The notes under the pieces: model-generated
What the model was told of the DNA's origin: nothing
Databases searched by the model: none
Seen by the model: the letters and a program-made list of their open reading frames with translations, nothing else
Position numbers and translations under genes: made by a program
Assembly (NCBI RefSeq): GCF_963921235.1
Contig: NC_086108.1
Location: 13,144,001-13,208,000 of the forward strand
Source of the DNA: Mobula hypostoma
Lineage: Eukaryota
Reading direction: 5' to 3'
Length of the DNA: 64,000 bases
Part shown: positions 49,511-61,400 of the stretch, one piece after another
Layout of the letters: each line of letters opens with the position of its first letter
Numbering within the stretch: the stretch's first letter is position 1

Positions 49511-50968
49511 CTGTCACAGAGACCACAGCAAAGAGGCATTCAGCCCTAATGTATAAATAACCTGAAGTATTATTTACATAACAAATACTTGAAGCAGCAA
49601 AGTGTCCCGTGGAACTTTACAGAGCTGCTACCAGAAACTATCAGTCCTCAAAGTGAGATATCAAAAAAGCAAAAGCTGGATCCAAGGAGCAGATACTACC
49701 TAAGGCAAGACAAAGTGCTTTTATTATCAAAATCACAACCGTTCAATTGAATATCAGAGAATGTATGCAGTATACAACCTGAATTCCTTACTCTTCACAG
49801 ACACCAATGAAACAGAGAGATAAAAACCCAAAGAATGAATGACAGAAAATGTTAGAACCCCACGGTCACCCCACACACAAGCAGCAGAAAAAATATCAGC
49901 CCTCCCCCTGCTTGCTCCAGCAAAATTATCCCCCCCACCCACCATGCAAGCAATAGCAAAGCCCCCTCGAGACCATCTAAACCTACTGTCCACCCCAACA
50001 CTTTGACATCTCAAACAGGCCCTCTCTCTCACTAGCGAGGGAGAGATATCACCCCTGCCCCACAGCGAGAGGGGAGAGCAACAGCTCGCTGTTTCGATGT
50101 TACAATCTGCCCTATCGTTTGCCCGAGCCCCCGCCTCGAAGACCCGCAGAACCTGACTCACCATCACATAAACATCATGGAACCAGTTCAAGGAAAACCT
50201 CAAACATCTAACCCGTGAAAAAAAGGATAAAATTGCACAGACAGCAAAAGCTAGCAAACAACAGATAGAATATCAAACCGATAGTATTAAGTTTCGTTCA
50301 GTTCGGCGCTGCTCCACTGGCCAATGCAGGCACCAAGACCACTCTTCGCCAAAGCGATCCAGTCCGCATCAATCGCCCCGATCAAACCGCTCAAAAAGAG
50401 CGAGAAAGGAAAAAAAGAGCAACTAGAGTCCAGGAACGCCTACACGAAATGTAGCAGTAAACTACAGTAATTAGGATCCAGTTCGCTGAATAACACACAA
50501 AAGATGCTGGACGAACTCAGCAGGTCAGACAGTAGCTGTGGAGAGGAATAAACAGACAATGTTCTGGGCCGAGGCTCTTCATCAGAACGGGAGTAGAATG
50601 CTAGTTTAGGGCGGTGCTGAAGGCTCCAGGACGATTACCACACCTGTGCTGAACTGAGACTGAGGCTGGGGGCCTGCTTCGGCCTACATGTCTATGGACT
50701 CACTTTAACGTTCTAAATGCTATTTGCTTACTTTTACTGTTTGCACGATTTGCGGTCTTTTTTTCTCTCTGCACATTGGGCGTTTGTCAGATTTTTTTAA
50801 AATAGGTTCTTCTGTGTTTCTCGTTTTGTGGCTGCCTATAAGTAGACAAATCTCAAGGCTGTGTAATGTAAACATACTTTGATCATAAAAGTACTTTGAT
50901 CCAATTAAAATTGGAGTTGAACTGGACTTTAATGACTTTAAGTAGCAGCAGCACGGATCTGGACTTAC

Positions 50969-51085
50969 TGGTCTTTGGGGTGAGATAGACGCTCAGTGCA
51001 GTAATGGCATCTTCAGATGGATCACAGTAAAGTTCTGTAACAAGCAAATCGTTGTCTTTAATCCGCAGAGGAAACTTCTGGACAT
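50969..51085 (-). CDS. SHKBP1: SHKBP1 internal exon
   Basis: ttccag|AT...ACCA|gtaagt, 117 bp. (D)[38 protein letters not shown]. Confidence 0.94.
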
Positions 51086-51599
51086 CTGGAAAATCAAGCA
51101 ACATAAACAGAATTCCAAAGATTAGAAAAAGTCGCCACAGAGGCTTCACCAGTTCACCTTAGCGTCTCCTATTTCCTCTGCTAAAAATATTGGTTCTGTG
51201 TCGTTTTGCAAGGTAACGCATTACAACCAGGTAGTCAATCAGAACACTGGCAATGAGGGATATGACTATTTCACTAGACAAACCTTACCCTCATCACAAT
51301 TATCCAGAAATGCCATTTGTTCCAGGAAACACGGGCAGTTGACGGAAGAATCCTGCCTCATTCTCCAAACTTTCTGTACAGATAAGCTGCTCCACCTGAC
51401 ACACAACCCCAAACACCCCTGATTTCACCCATCCCACACTTGTGCTGTAAAAATAAGCTAACAATGAGAGAAATCTTTGGAGCCCAGGCTCACAACATCC
51501 TGAAACACCCAGCACCACAGGAGATCAGAACAGGGAATGTAAAGCATTGGGGGTGGGGTGGGCTGGGCTGATGAAAAATACTGTGTTGCCAGCTAAAAG

Positions 51600-51915
51600 G
51601 ACTGTGGGGGGGGGGTTGGGGAGCTGTGGGACAGTTGCGGGGAGGGGTTGGGGAGCCTTGGGACAGTTGAGGGGGGTCGGGGAGCCGTGGGACAGTTGGG
51701 GGGGTGATCGGGGAGCCGTGGGACAGTGGGGGGCGGGGTCGAGGAGCTGTGGGGACAGTGGGGCGGTCGGGGAGCCGTGGGACAGTGGGGGGGGTCGGGG
51801 AGCCGTGGGACAGTGGGGGGGGGGTCGGGGAGCCGTGGGACAGTGGGGGGGGGTCAGGGAGCCGTGGAACAGTGGGGGGGGGGTCGGGGAGCCGTGGAAC
51901 AGTGGGGGAGGGGAA
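51600..51915 (+). repeat. G-rich ~29-31 bp minisatellite (~10 copies)
   Basis: Repeated (g)nTCGGGGAGCCGTGGGACAGT. Confidence 0.9.
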
Positions 51916-52182
51916 GCGGGCAGCTGGAGAACTGTCATTTTGGAGAGCTACTCATACCATATAACTCTAGGTACATTTCCTATTGTTCTTCCGTTACATG
52001 GAATATCTTTTCTTCACCTTAACACCACCCAGAATGAAACTAATGGAGCATATACTGCATCAAATTTGATTTTTTTATGGTTAGTTTCTTCACAAATTTT
52101 CTACTAATTTCTGAGAAAGCTTGAGTAGAATTGTTTCTGTACGCGGGGTCATAACTCAGGGCGCATCCTGTGTTACACCTAC

Positions 52183-52270
52183 CAATATAGTATATCGATC
52201 CGTTATTACAGCCGAGGATTAGCAGGGAGCCAGCAGTATCATAACTGTTTATTGGCACCACATCCTGAAT
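52183..52270 (-). CDS. SHKBP1: SHKBP1 internal exon
   Basis: cccacag|ATT...ATTG|gtaggt, 88 bp, phase 0-1. [29 protein letters not shown]. Confidence 0.93.
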
Positions 52271-53108
52271 CTGTGGGAGAAAAATGATTCAGAATGAGCT
52301 TTAACATCACCAGAGTAGGCTGTGAAATTTGTTGTATTTGTTGCAGCAGTGCAATGCAATACAATACATGATAAATATTGAAAACCAATTTTTAAAAAAT
52401 TATATATATATAGTAATTAAATTTGTTGTGCAAAAACAGAAATAAAAAAGTAGTGAGGTAGTACTCATGGGTTCATTGCCCATTCAGAAACCGGATGGCA
52501 GAGGGGAAGAAGCTGTTCCTGAATCATTGAGTGCGGCCTTCAGGCTCCTGTACCTCCTTCCTGATGGTAACAGTGAGAAGAGGGCATGTCCTGGGTGATG
52601 GGGCTCCCTAATGATGGGAGCCTTCCTTTGAGGCACCACTCCTTGAAAGTGTCCTGGATGCTACGGAGACTGATACCCATGATGGAGCCGATTAATTTTA
52701 CAACTTCAATCCAGTGTAGTACTACTCCCCCCCACAATACCAGATGGAGATGCAGCCAGTTAGAATGCCCTCCACAGTACATCTGTAGAAGTTTGAGTGT
52801 TTTGGTGACAAACCAAATCTCCCCAAACTCCTAATGAAATATAACCACTGTCTTGCTTTCTTTATCGTTGAATCAATATGTTGAGATCCTCAGAGACATT
52901 GACACCCAGGAACTTGAAACTGCTCACTTTCTCCACCTCTGCCTCCTCTCTAAGGATCGGTGTGTGTTCCCTCATCTTACCCTTTCTGAAGTCCACAATC
53001 AGCTCTTTGACCATGGCAAGCGAATGGGGGGGGGGGGGCGGGGGACACTATATAAATGCGAGCACTCCCAGACAGAAACACCAACAACTGCACATTGCGG
53101 ATGTCATC

Positions 53109-54185
53109 TGTTACGTACACGCAACCCTGTGAAAGTATCAGCAGCAATAGAACACACCTGGAGTCTGGTTTTGCTGTTAACTATCACAATTTTATTAGTA
53201 ACTACGTAATATAGTAACTTAAACCAGGTAAACCAAGAGTTAGTAGTGTTATGCATATATAGGTGTAAAAAAATAAAAGTTCCCAAACTTATTCAAGCTC
53301 AGGTGGCAAGAGTTCAGTCTTACGATGGTACGTAAGAAAGTTCAGTTCAACCCACGGAATTGAGGTGAGAGAGAAGTTTTGCAATCCAGATAAACAGGTG
53401 TCGTCAATCTTCCAGCTGTCAGCTCTGAATCCACTTTCAAGTTAGCCAAACGTAGCTTATCACAAAGGGTACCGACTTCAAGGGAAAACTACCAGCCAGG
53501 CAAGGGTAAACACACCGGTAGCCTCCACAAGGTTACCCCAATCACACAACGTGATAGCCACTTATCCAGTCCCACGACATACAAAGTAACTCCAACAGTG
53601 ATTTGCCACAGTGAACTACCACACCCAGGCAAGGGTTAACACACACGTGATATTCCCTAACCAGAAGACCCACTCCTATAGATCAAACTATGTGACAATC
53701 ACACATTCATATTCGCTGGAATCAAACTTACCCTTACGGGCTACTAGGAGAGAGTCTAAACAGTGACCCCTTTGTCACTAGCTTTCTTCTGTTTCAAGCC
53801 TTTCTCTCCCCTCCTCTCTGCAAGTGCTTCCAGATGCAGCAACTTATGAGAGTCACTTATCAATAATCTGGATCGATACTCAACTCACCCCTTGTGGGCT
53901 ACTGAAAGTTTTAACCAGCGACTCCCCCACCCCCGTCACAGGTGTCCTTCCATGACCAATGCCACCTCAGACTCTGACTGTGAAAACGAGAGTGTCCTTG
54001 TAAAAGTCCAAACATGCTGCAGAGAAATGTAAACAAGCTGCCAGCGAAGAATGGCTCTGCCCTCTCTCTCTCTCTAGCAACGCAGTTAGCAGTAGAAGAC
54101 AGCTGCTTTTCGTAATGCTGTACTCAGTCTCTCTCTCTCTTTAAAGGCATAGTCCATAACGAATGAAACTTCAGATCCCATCACA
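53109..54185 (-). mobile_element. Solo LTR related to 22129-22944
   Basis: 53109-53215 aligns with the reverse complement of 22840-22944. The minus-strand start tgtgatggga resembles tgtgatgagg. No clean TSD (catc versus cact). Confidence 0.65.
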
Positions 54186-54855
54186 CACTCACACACCTCA
54201 ACTGGTGACGAAACATCTACAAGCTAATGGCCAAACATGGCGAACATGGCAACATCGGACACTTCAACCCAAGTTACCAACGTATACAAGGCCATATATT
54301 GGAGCAAATTAGGCCATTTGGCCCATCAAGTCTACTCCACCATTTCATCATGGCTGATCCAATTTTTCTCTCAGCCCTGATCACCTGCCTTCTTCCCATA
54401 TCCCTCCATACTCTGACCAATCAAGAATTTATCAGCCTCTGCCTTAAATATACCCGATGACTTGGCCTCCACAACTGCCTGTGGCAAAGAATTTCACAGA
54501 TTCACCACTCTCTGCCTAAAGAAATTCCTCCTCATCTCTGCTCTAAAAGGACACTACTTTATTCTGAGGCTGTCTTAGACTCTCCCACCATAGGAACCAT
54601 CCTCTCCACATCCACTCTATCAAGGCATTTCAACATTCAATAGGTTTAAACAAGGTCACCCCTCATTTTTCTGAATTTTAGTGAATATAAGTCCAGAGCT
54701 ATCAAACGCTTTTCATATGACAAGCCATTACTCCCTGTATACCCATGACTGTATCGTCACCCACAGCTCCAATCTGCTAATTAAATTTGCTGACGACACG
54801 ACATTGATTGGCCTTATCTCAAACAATAACAAGGTAGCCTACAGGGAAGAAGTCA

Positions 54856-54995
54856 AACAACAGGAATTCTGCAGATGCTGGAAAATCAAGCAACACACAT
54901 CAAAGTTGCTGGTGAACGCAGCAGGCCAGGCAGCATCTCTAGGAAGGGGTACATCAACGTTTCAGGCCGAGACCCTTCGTCAGGACTGATGAAGA
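54856..54995 (-). mobile_element. 140-bp Penelope-derived mini-element with a 10-bp TSD
   Basis: TSD gaagaagtca at 54846-54855 and 54996-55005. The Rex1 sequence resumes across the insertion. Confidence 0.88.
54952..54988 (-). ncRNA. Minimal type I hammerhead ribozyme motif (core intact, stem I weakened)
   Basis: CAGUC-CUGACGA-AGG-GUCUCGG-CCU-GAAA-CGUU-GAUG. Confidence 0.6.
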
Positions 54996-56415
54996 GAAGA
55001 AGTCATCTCTCTGACACAATGGTGTCAAGAAAACAACCTCTCCCTCAATGTCGCAAAACAAAGGAGCTGGTTGTTGATTACAGGAGGAATGGAGACAGGC
55101 TAACCCCTATTGACATCAATTGATCTGGGGTTGAGAGGGTGAACAGCTTTAAGTTCCTCGGCATGCACATCACTGAGGACCTCACGTGGTCTGTACATAC
55201 CAGCTGTGTGGTGAAAAAGGCACAACAACGCCACTTTCACCTCAGACTGTTGAGGAAGTTTGGGATGGGCCCCCAAATCCTAAGAACTTTCTACAGGGGC
55301 ACAATTGAGAGCATCCTGACTGGCTGCATCACTGCCTGGTATGGAAACTGTACCTCCCTTAATCGCAGGACTCTGCAGAGAGTGGTGTAGACAGCCCAGC
55401 GCATCTGCAGTTGTGAACTTCCCATGATTCAGGAAATTTATAAGGACAGGTGTGTAAAAAGGGCCAGTAGGATCATTGGGGACCCAAGTCACTATTCTAG
55501 CTGCTGCCATCCAGGAAGCGGTACTGCAGCATAAAAGCCAGGGCCAACAGGCTCTGGGACAGCTTCTTCCACCAGGCTATCAGGCTGATGAACTCACACT
55601 GATTTGAGTGTATTCTATATTATATTGACTGTTCTATTTATTATAAATTACTATGATTGCACATTGCACATTTAGATGGAGACGTAACGTAAAGATTTTT
55701 ACTCCTCATGTATGTGAATAATGTACAAAATATATTCAATTCAATTCAATCCTGGATTCATTTTCGTGAACCAGCCTTGAACCCTTTCCAGTTTCAGCAA
55801 ATCCTTTCTAAGGATAAGGCCCAAAACTGTTCACTATACTTAAGTGAGGCCTCACCAGTGTTTTATAAAGTCTCAACATTACATCTTTGCTTTTACATTC
55901 TAGTCCTCTTGAAATTAATGCTAACAGTGCATTTGCCTTCCTCACCACAGACTCAACCTGCAAATTAACCTTTAAGGAATCCTGCACAAGGACTCCCAAG
56001 TCCCTTTGCATCTCAGTATTTTGTATTTTCTGTCCATTTAGAAAATAGTCAACCCTTTTATTTTCTTCCACTAAAGTGCATGACCATACACTTCCTAACA
56101 CTGTATTCCACCTGACACTTCTTTGTCCATTCTCCTAATCGAAGTCCTTCTGTAGCCTTTATACTTCTTCAGAACTACCTGCCCCTCCACCTATCTTCAT
56201 ATCATCTGCAGACTTTGCAACAAAACCATCAATTCCATCATGCAAATCATTGGCATAAAATGCAATACAATTGGTCCCAACATAGACCATAAACATAGTG
56301 TAACACCACTAGTCACTGGCAGCCAACCTGAAAAGGCTCTCTTCATTCCCCATTCTTTCCCTCCTGCCAATCAGCCACTGCTTTATCTTTCCTCTAATAT
56401 ATAAATATACATTAC

Positions 56416-56531
56416 CTGCCAGTGTTTGGTGACTGCATTCCACACTCCAACCCGCCCTGTGTGACTTGTTGCAATTAGCTGATTCCCCACAAAGAATAAC
56501 CCTTCAAGTGGAGGTCCCAGTGCAAAGGTTC
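56416..56531 (-). CDS. SHKBP1: SHKBP1 internal exon (absent from the ORF track)
   Basis: ctgcag|GA...CAG|gtaat, 116 bp, phase 1-0. (G)[38 protein letters not shown]. Confidence 0.93.
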
Positions 56532-56544
56532 CTGCAGAGACAGA

Positions 56545-57435
56545 AGGATTCAAGATTCAAAGTACATTTATTATCAAACTATGTATGTAGTATACAACCC
56601 TGAGATTCGTCTTCCCATAAGTAGCCATGAAACAAAGAAAAATCATGGAACCCATTCATAGAAAATTATCAAACCCCGCCACCCCACATGCAAAAAATAA
56701 TTGCGCTTAGGACAATAAAAAACCAGTGAAAAACACAGAATACTAAACACAAAATTAAAAGAGTCCAGGCGTATTCGGTTCAGCTCAGTGTTCGTTAACT
56801 GCAGGCCACCTTGATTCAAAATTGCCCAGATTAGTAATTAAAAAAAAAGGAGCAACCATAAACCAGAAACACATCATAATGTGAACTACAGAGTCAAATC
56901 CAAAAACAGTGTCAATTAAACTTTGCCCAAGACCCAGAACTCCGGCACCATCTTCCGAAAGCATCGAGGGGGAAAGAGAGACCATCTGAATGCAGGGATC
57001 TTCCTTCAGGAACAGCGAGCGAGGGCGAGGGCCTGGGAGTAGGAGAGGGCGACTGTCGCACACCGACACCTTCCTCGGGCAGCAGCGAGCGACAGGCTGG
57101 TAGATGGCTCTGAAAACCTTCTCATCTTCTGCACACTCACCTCAATGATTTCAATCTTCCGTGGCACTTTAATCGGCAAGACATCGAGTGGATCATGGGC
57201 TGCACCCCATCTCCAGGCTTCCTGACCTCAAGGTTACAAGCCTCACTGAGCACCCTGAGATAGCAAAGGGCCAGATCGCTCAATTGGCCCAAAATCACAC
57301 CATCAAAATGTAGATCATAGGCTCCAACGGTAGCAAAACCACATTTGACAGAAAAAGAAGATGCGAAAGTAAATGGTAGTTTTGTGTCCCATCTGGAGGA
57401 TGCCACTCGTTGTTCGCTGGCGCCATCTTCTTCCT
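56545..57435 (-). mobile_element. Non-autonomous retroelement family member (5' AAGATGGCG, shared 3' tail)
   Basis: Begins gaagatggcgccag and ends ...tggctac...gaatctcagggttgtatac...tttgataataaatgtactttgaa. Relatives at ~7540-8545, 18770-19320 and 49750-50470. Confidence 0.65.
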
Positions 57436-57744
57436 TCTTCCGTATAGAGTTCAGAGCAGGATGCAAGAATTTTATATCCCCTTTGTTTGATCCTGATCTC
57501 TCAGATCAGACATGACCCAGCTCCCACCCACTGATGCCCATCATGTATGGACAATCAATTACCATGACATCTAGCTCCCATTATTAGATGTCCTATTGCT
57601 TCCCAAATATTACAGTCACCTGACCCTCCTCATCCAATTCATCAGGAAAGAGTGGGTAAGGACAGGGATGTCAGTGACCCCACTAACACAATGATAACCC
57701 CTTATCCATGGCCCTCATGAAGCATGAACTGAAATCTCCATTAC

Positions 57745-57935
57745 CAATCTCACTGCCACTGCCGCCCTCATGGATGGCCCACAGGATAATCTCATTGCAG
57801 GAAGCCACGGCAACCATTTTGTCATTATCGCCGAGGGATCCGCCCATCACCTTGGCATTGAGAGCCACGTGCTCGATGACCCAGTCCAGACGTGGGCTGG
57901 AGAAAACCTGCTGCCAGCCTGACGATTCCTTCAAT
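57745..57935 (-). CDS. SHKBP1: SHKBP1 internal exon
   Basis: catag|A...ATTG|gtaatg, 191 bp, phase 2-1. (R)[63 protein letters not shown]. Confidence 0.92.
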
Positions 57936-58449
57936 CTATGAAAGAGAAAGTTCAGAAAAAGATCAAAATGTCCAGGGGACGGTATCACATGAGGAACTAA
58001 AAGCTTCTTCACACAGAATGCAGATTCGTTCCCACTTTGAGAGAATCAGTCTAAAAAAGCTCAATACCACAAGGATGGATTGGCTCTATGTATGAATAAT
58101 ACAGCTGATCCCCTTCCTGTATCCTCTCTCATTAGCCCTGAATACACTTTCAGATAATTATCCAGCAAACCACTTGATTAAACCTCCTTCACCAGTCCCT
58201 TCAAGATAGTCATTACTCACCGTGTTTAAAAAAAAACGACTTTCCCAAAGTCAGATTCAGTTCTTCTGCCAATCACATTTATTCCATGTCCCCTAGTGCT
58301 TGGCTCCACCACCAACGAGAATGAGAATCACTCTGTTTTTTTCTGTCTATCTTACTTAGAGCTTATAATTAAACTCCGTCATCCTTAAACAGTTTGACAG
58401 GTCTCTTCAGCAAGCCAAAATGCGGCCCCCGGGCCATACTGTACACGGC

Positions 58450-61400
58450 ACCATTAGCAAGTTTGCTGACGACACTAAATTAAGGGTCTTGTTAGCAGTG
58501 AAACAAATTACAATGAATTACAAGGAGAACTTTACCAGTTAGGGCAATAGGTTGAGGGGCGGCAAATGGCTTTCAATTTAGACAAGTGTGAGGTGATGCA
58601 TTTTGGACAATCAAACCAGGGTAAAACCTCTACAGTGAATGGCAGTGCATTGGTAAGTGCTGTGGAACAGAGGGACCTGGAAGTACAGGTGCACAGATCA
58701 CTGAAAGTGGCCCATGTAAGTTTCAGGGTGGTGAAGAGGACATGTAGCATGCTGTCTTTCATCAGTCAGGACATTATGTTTATGAGTAGGGAGAGTATGT
58801 TGCAGTCACATAAATCATTAGTGACACCACACTTGGAGATTTGGTCGCCATGTTAGTGGGAAATCATTGTTCAGCTGGCGAGGGTGCAGAAGAGTGAGAA
58901 CAATCATAGCCGAAACAATCTCTCCTTGCAGCTAAAAGCCTCGTGCATCTTTCTGCACTTTTTCGAGCACTACCATAACCCTTCTACAAGAGTGCTGAAT
59001 AAAAGTGCATGCAGCATTCTAAGTCTGGCCTAACCAAGGACCTGTTCAGCTGCAGCATGATGTCTCAGCTCTTCAGTTCAATAGCTACAAAATCAAACAC
59101 AGTCTATTCACTTATCTCCTCATAACTGAAACGTTCCGGGCAACACCTCACATCCTTCCTATAATGTGAACAAGTAGAAAGGCACCGAACACTCCAGATG
59201 TGGCCATACCAATGTTCCGTTAAATTGTACCACTCCTGTATTCTATGCCTTGGCTAACGAAGGCCAGATTCTCATTCGCCTGCTTCGCCACCTTATCTAG
59301 ACGTGCTGCCACTTTCAGAGATGGAGGTTCCTCTGTTCCTCAATATTCCCTAGCATTTCATTCACATTCTATATTCTACCTTCATCAGATCTCCAAAAAT
59401 AAAGGGAAAACAGAGGTCCATGAGCCAGTCCTCATTGGAAGATCAGAGGTGAAGGTTAGCAGCTTTAAACTTCTATAGATGTGTAATGGAGGGTATTAAC
59501 AGACTGTGTCATGACCTGGTACATAAAATCCTACAGAAAGAAGTGGATTTGGCCCAGTACATCCCAAGCACGTCTACATGAAACACTGTTGTAGGAAAAC
59601 AGCATCCATCGTCAGAGATCCCCACCACCCAAATCATGCACTTCCCTGGCTGCTGCCATCAGGTAGAAGGAATATGAGCCTCAGAACTCACCCTACCAAG
59701 TTCAAGAACAGTTACTATCCCACAACTCTCTGTGTAAAAATATTGCCCCTCATAACTTCTTTGAAATTACCCCCCCTCACCTTAAATGTATGCTCTCTGG
59801 TATGAGGCATTTCAACCCTGGGAAGAAGATACTGTCTGTCTGCTCCAACTATGCCTCTCATAATCTTAAACCTCAGTATGATCTTTCCACGGCTTCCACC
59901 GCTCCAGAGAAAACAACTCGGGTTTGTCCAAGCTCTCATGCCCTCTAGTCTCTAACCACTTCAGGGAGCTATTAACTTGGATCCCACGATCCCTCTGCTC
60001 ATCAACACTGTTGAGGGCCTTACTTTTAACTGTCCCCTTTCCTTTCACCTATCAAGGTGTAACACTTCATAACTGTCCGGGTTAAACTCCATCTGTCATT
60101 TCTCATCCCATATCTGCAACTGATCTGTATCCCATTGTAATATTCGCCAGTCTTCTCCGGTCTCCACAACATCACCAATCTTCACATCAAGATACAGGAG
60201 CAGAATTAGGCCATTTGGCCCATCAACATCATCTGCAAACTTGCCAACCATCCATCTACATTTTCATCCAGGTCATTTACATACATCAGAAACAGCAGCG
60301 GTCCCAGTACAGATCCCTGCAGAACACCACTAATCACAGACCTCCAGCTCAGGTAAGTCCCTTTGACTGGTACCCTCCATCTTCTATGGGCAAACCACTT
60401 CTGAATCCAAATGGCCAGTTCACCATGGATCCCATGCATCTCAACGTTCAAGGTGAGGCTCCTATGAGCTCATCTAAAATCCATATAGACAACTACAGCT
60501 CTACCTTCATCAATCAACCCTGTCAAAGTCAAGTTGGTAAGACGCAACGTGCCCAACACAAAGCCATGCTGGCTCTCTCTAATTAGTTTTGGTTTTCCAA
60601 ATGCACATAAATCCTATTCCTAAGAATTGTCTCCAGTAACTTCCCCATCACTGACTTGAGATCCACTGGTCTATAGTTTTCAGGATTATCCCTGGTTCCT
60701 TTCTTGAATAACAGAACATTTGCTACTTGCCAGTTTTGTGGGACCCAATCTGTGGCTAGAGTACACGAAGATATTGATCAAGGCTCTAGCAATCTCTTCT
60801 CTTGCTCCTCTCAGTAACCTGGATAATACCTCATCACTAATACTCTTTGAGAGACTCAACACTACCTCCTTTTTTACCTCAAAATGCCCTAGCATATCAG
60901 TATGATCAGCATTCATCTCCTTAACTGCCACATCCTTCTCCTTGATAAATTATGATATACATTACTCATTAAGGATCTCACCCACATCCTCCGCATCCAA
61001 ACAAATGTTTCCACCTTTATTGTTGAGTGGTTTTACCCTCTCCCCCTCTCCCTAGTTGTCCTCTTGCTCTTCATCTATGTATACAATGCCTTGGATTCTT
61101 GCACTTACCAAAAGCTTTTAATGCTCCCTCCTGGCTTTCCTAGTTTCCCCCCTTGAGTTTTTTCTCGGCTTCTTTATAATCGTCCAGTGCTCTATTGGAT
61201 TGCAGCTTCCTAAGCTTTACATACTTTTTGTTTTGCTTCTTGACTCTCTCAACATCCAAGGTTATTTCACCCTGCATCTCTGTCCTTCGATCTGACTGGA
61301 ACATACCTGCCCTGAATTCTGCAGTTGGCCTTTAAACACCCTCCACATGTTAGATGCGGACTTGCCCAAAAAGTTATTTCCAATTAACTCTCTCTAGTTC

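Larger units (their letters stand above)
54730..55750 (+). mobile_element. Rex1/Babar LINE 3' fragment inserted in CR1, itself interrupted by a PLE mini-element
   Basis: YSLYTHDC...LLIKFADDTTLIGLISNN; FKFLGMHITEDLTWS...RKFGM...FYRGTIESILTGCITAWYG; (ttcaa)n tail. Confidence 0.9.

Noticed and set aside
51525..52107. Gly- or Pro-rich ORFs resembling collagen or extensin
   Set aside because: These are translations of the G-rich minisatellite.
36366..57935. KCTD3 assignment
   Set aside because: The C-terminal GSFVERCQEL...NETSF and the adjacency to LTBP4 fit SHKBP1 better.
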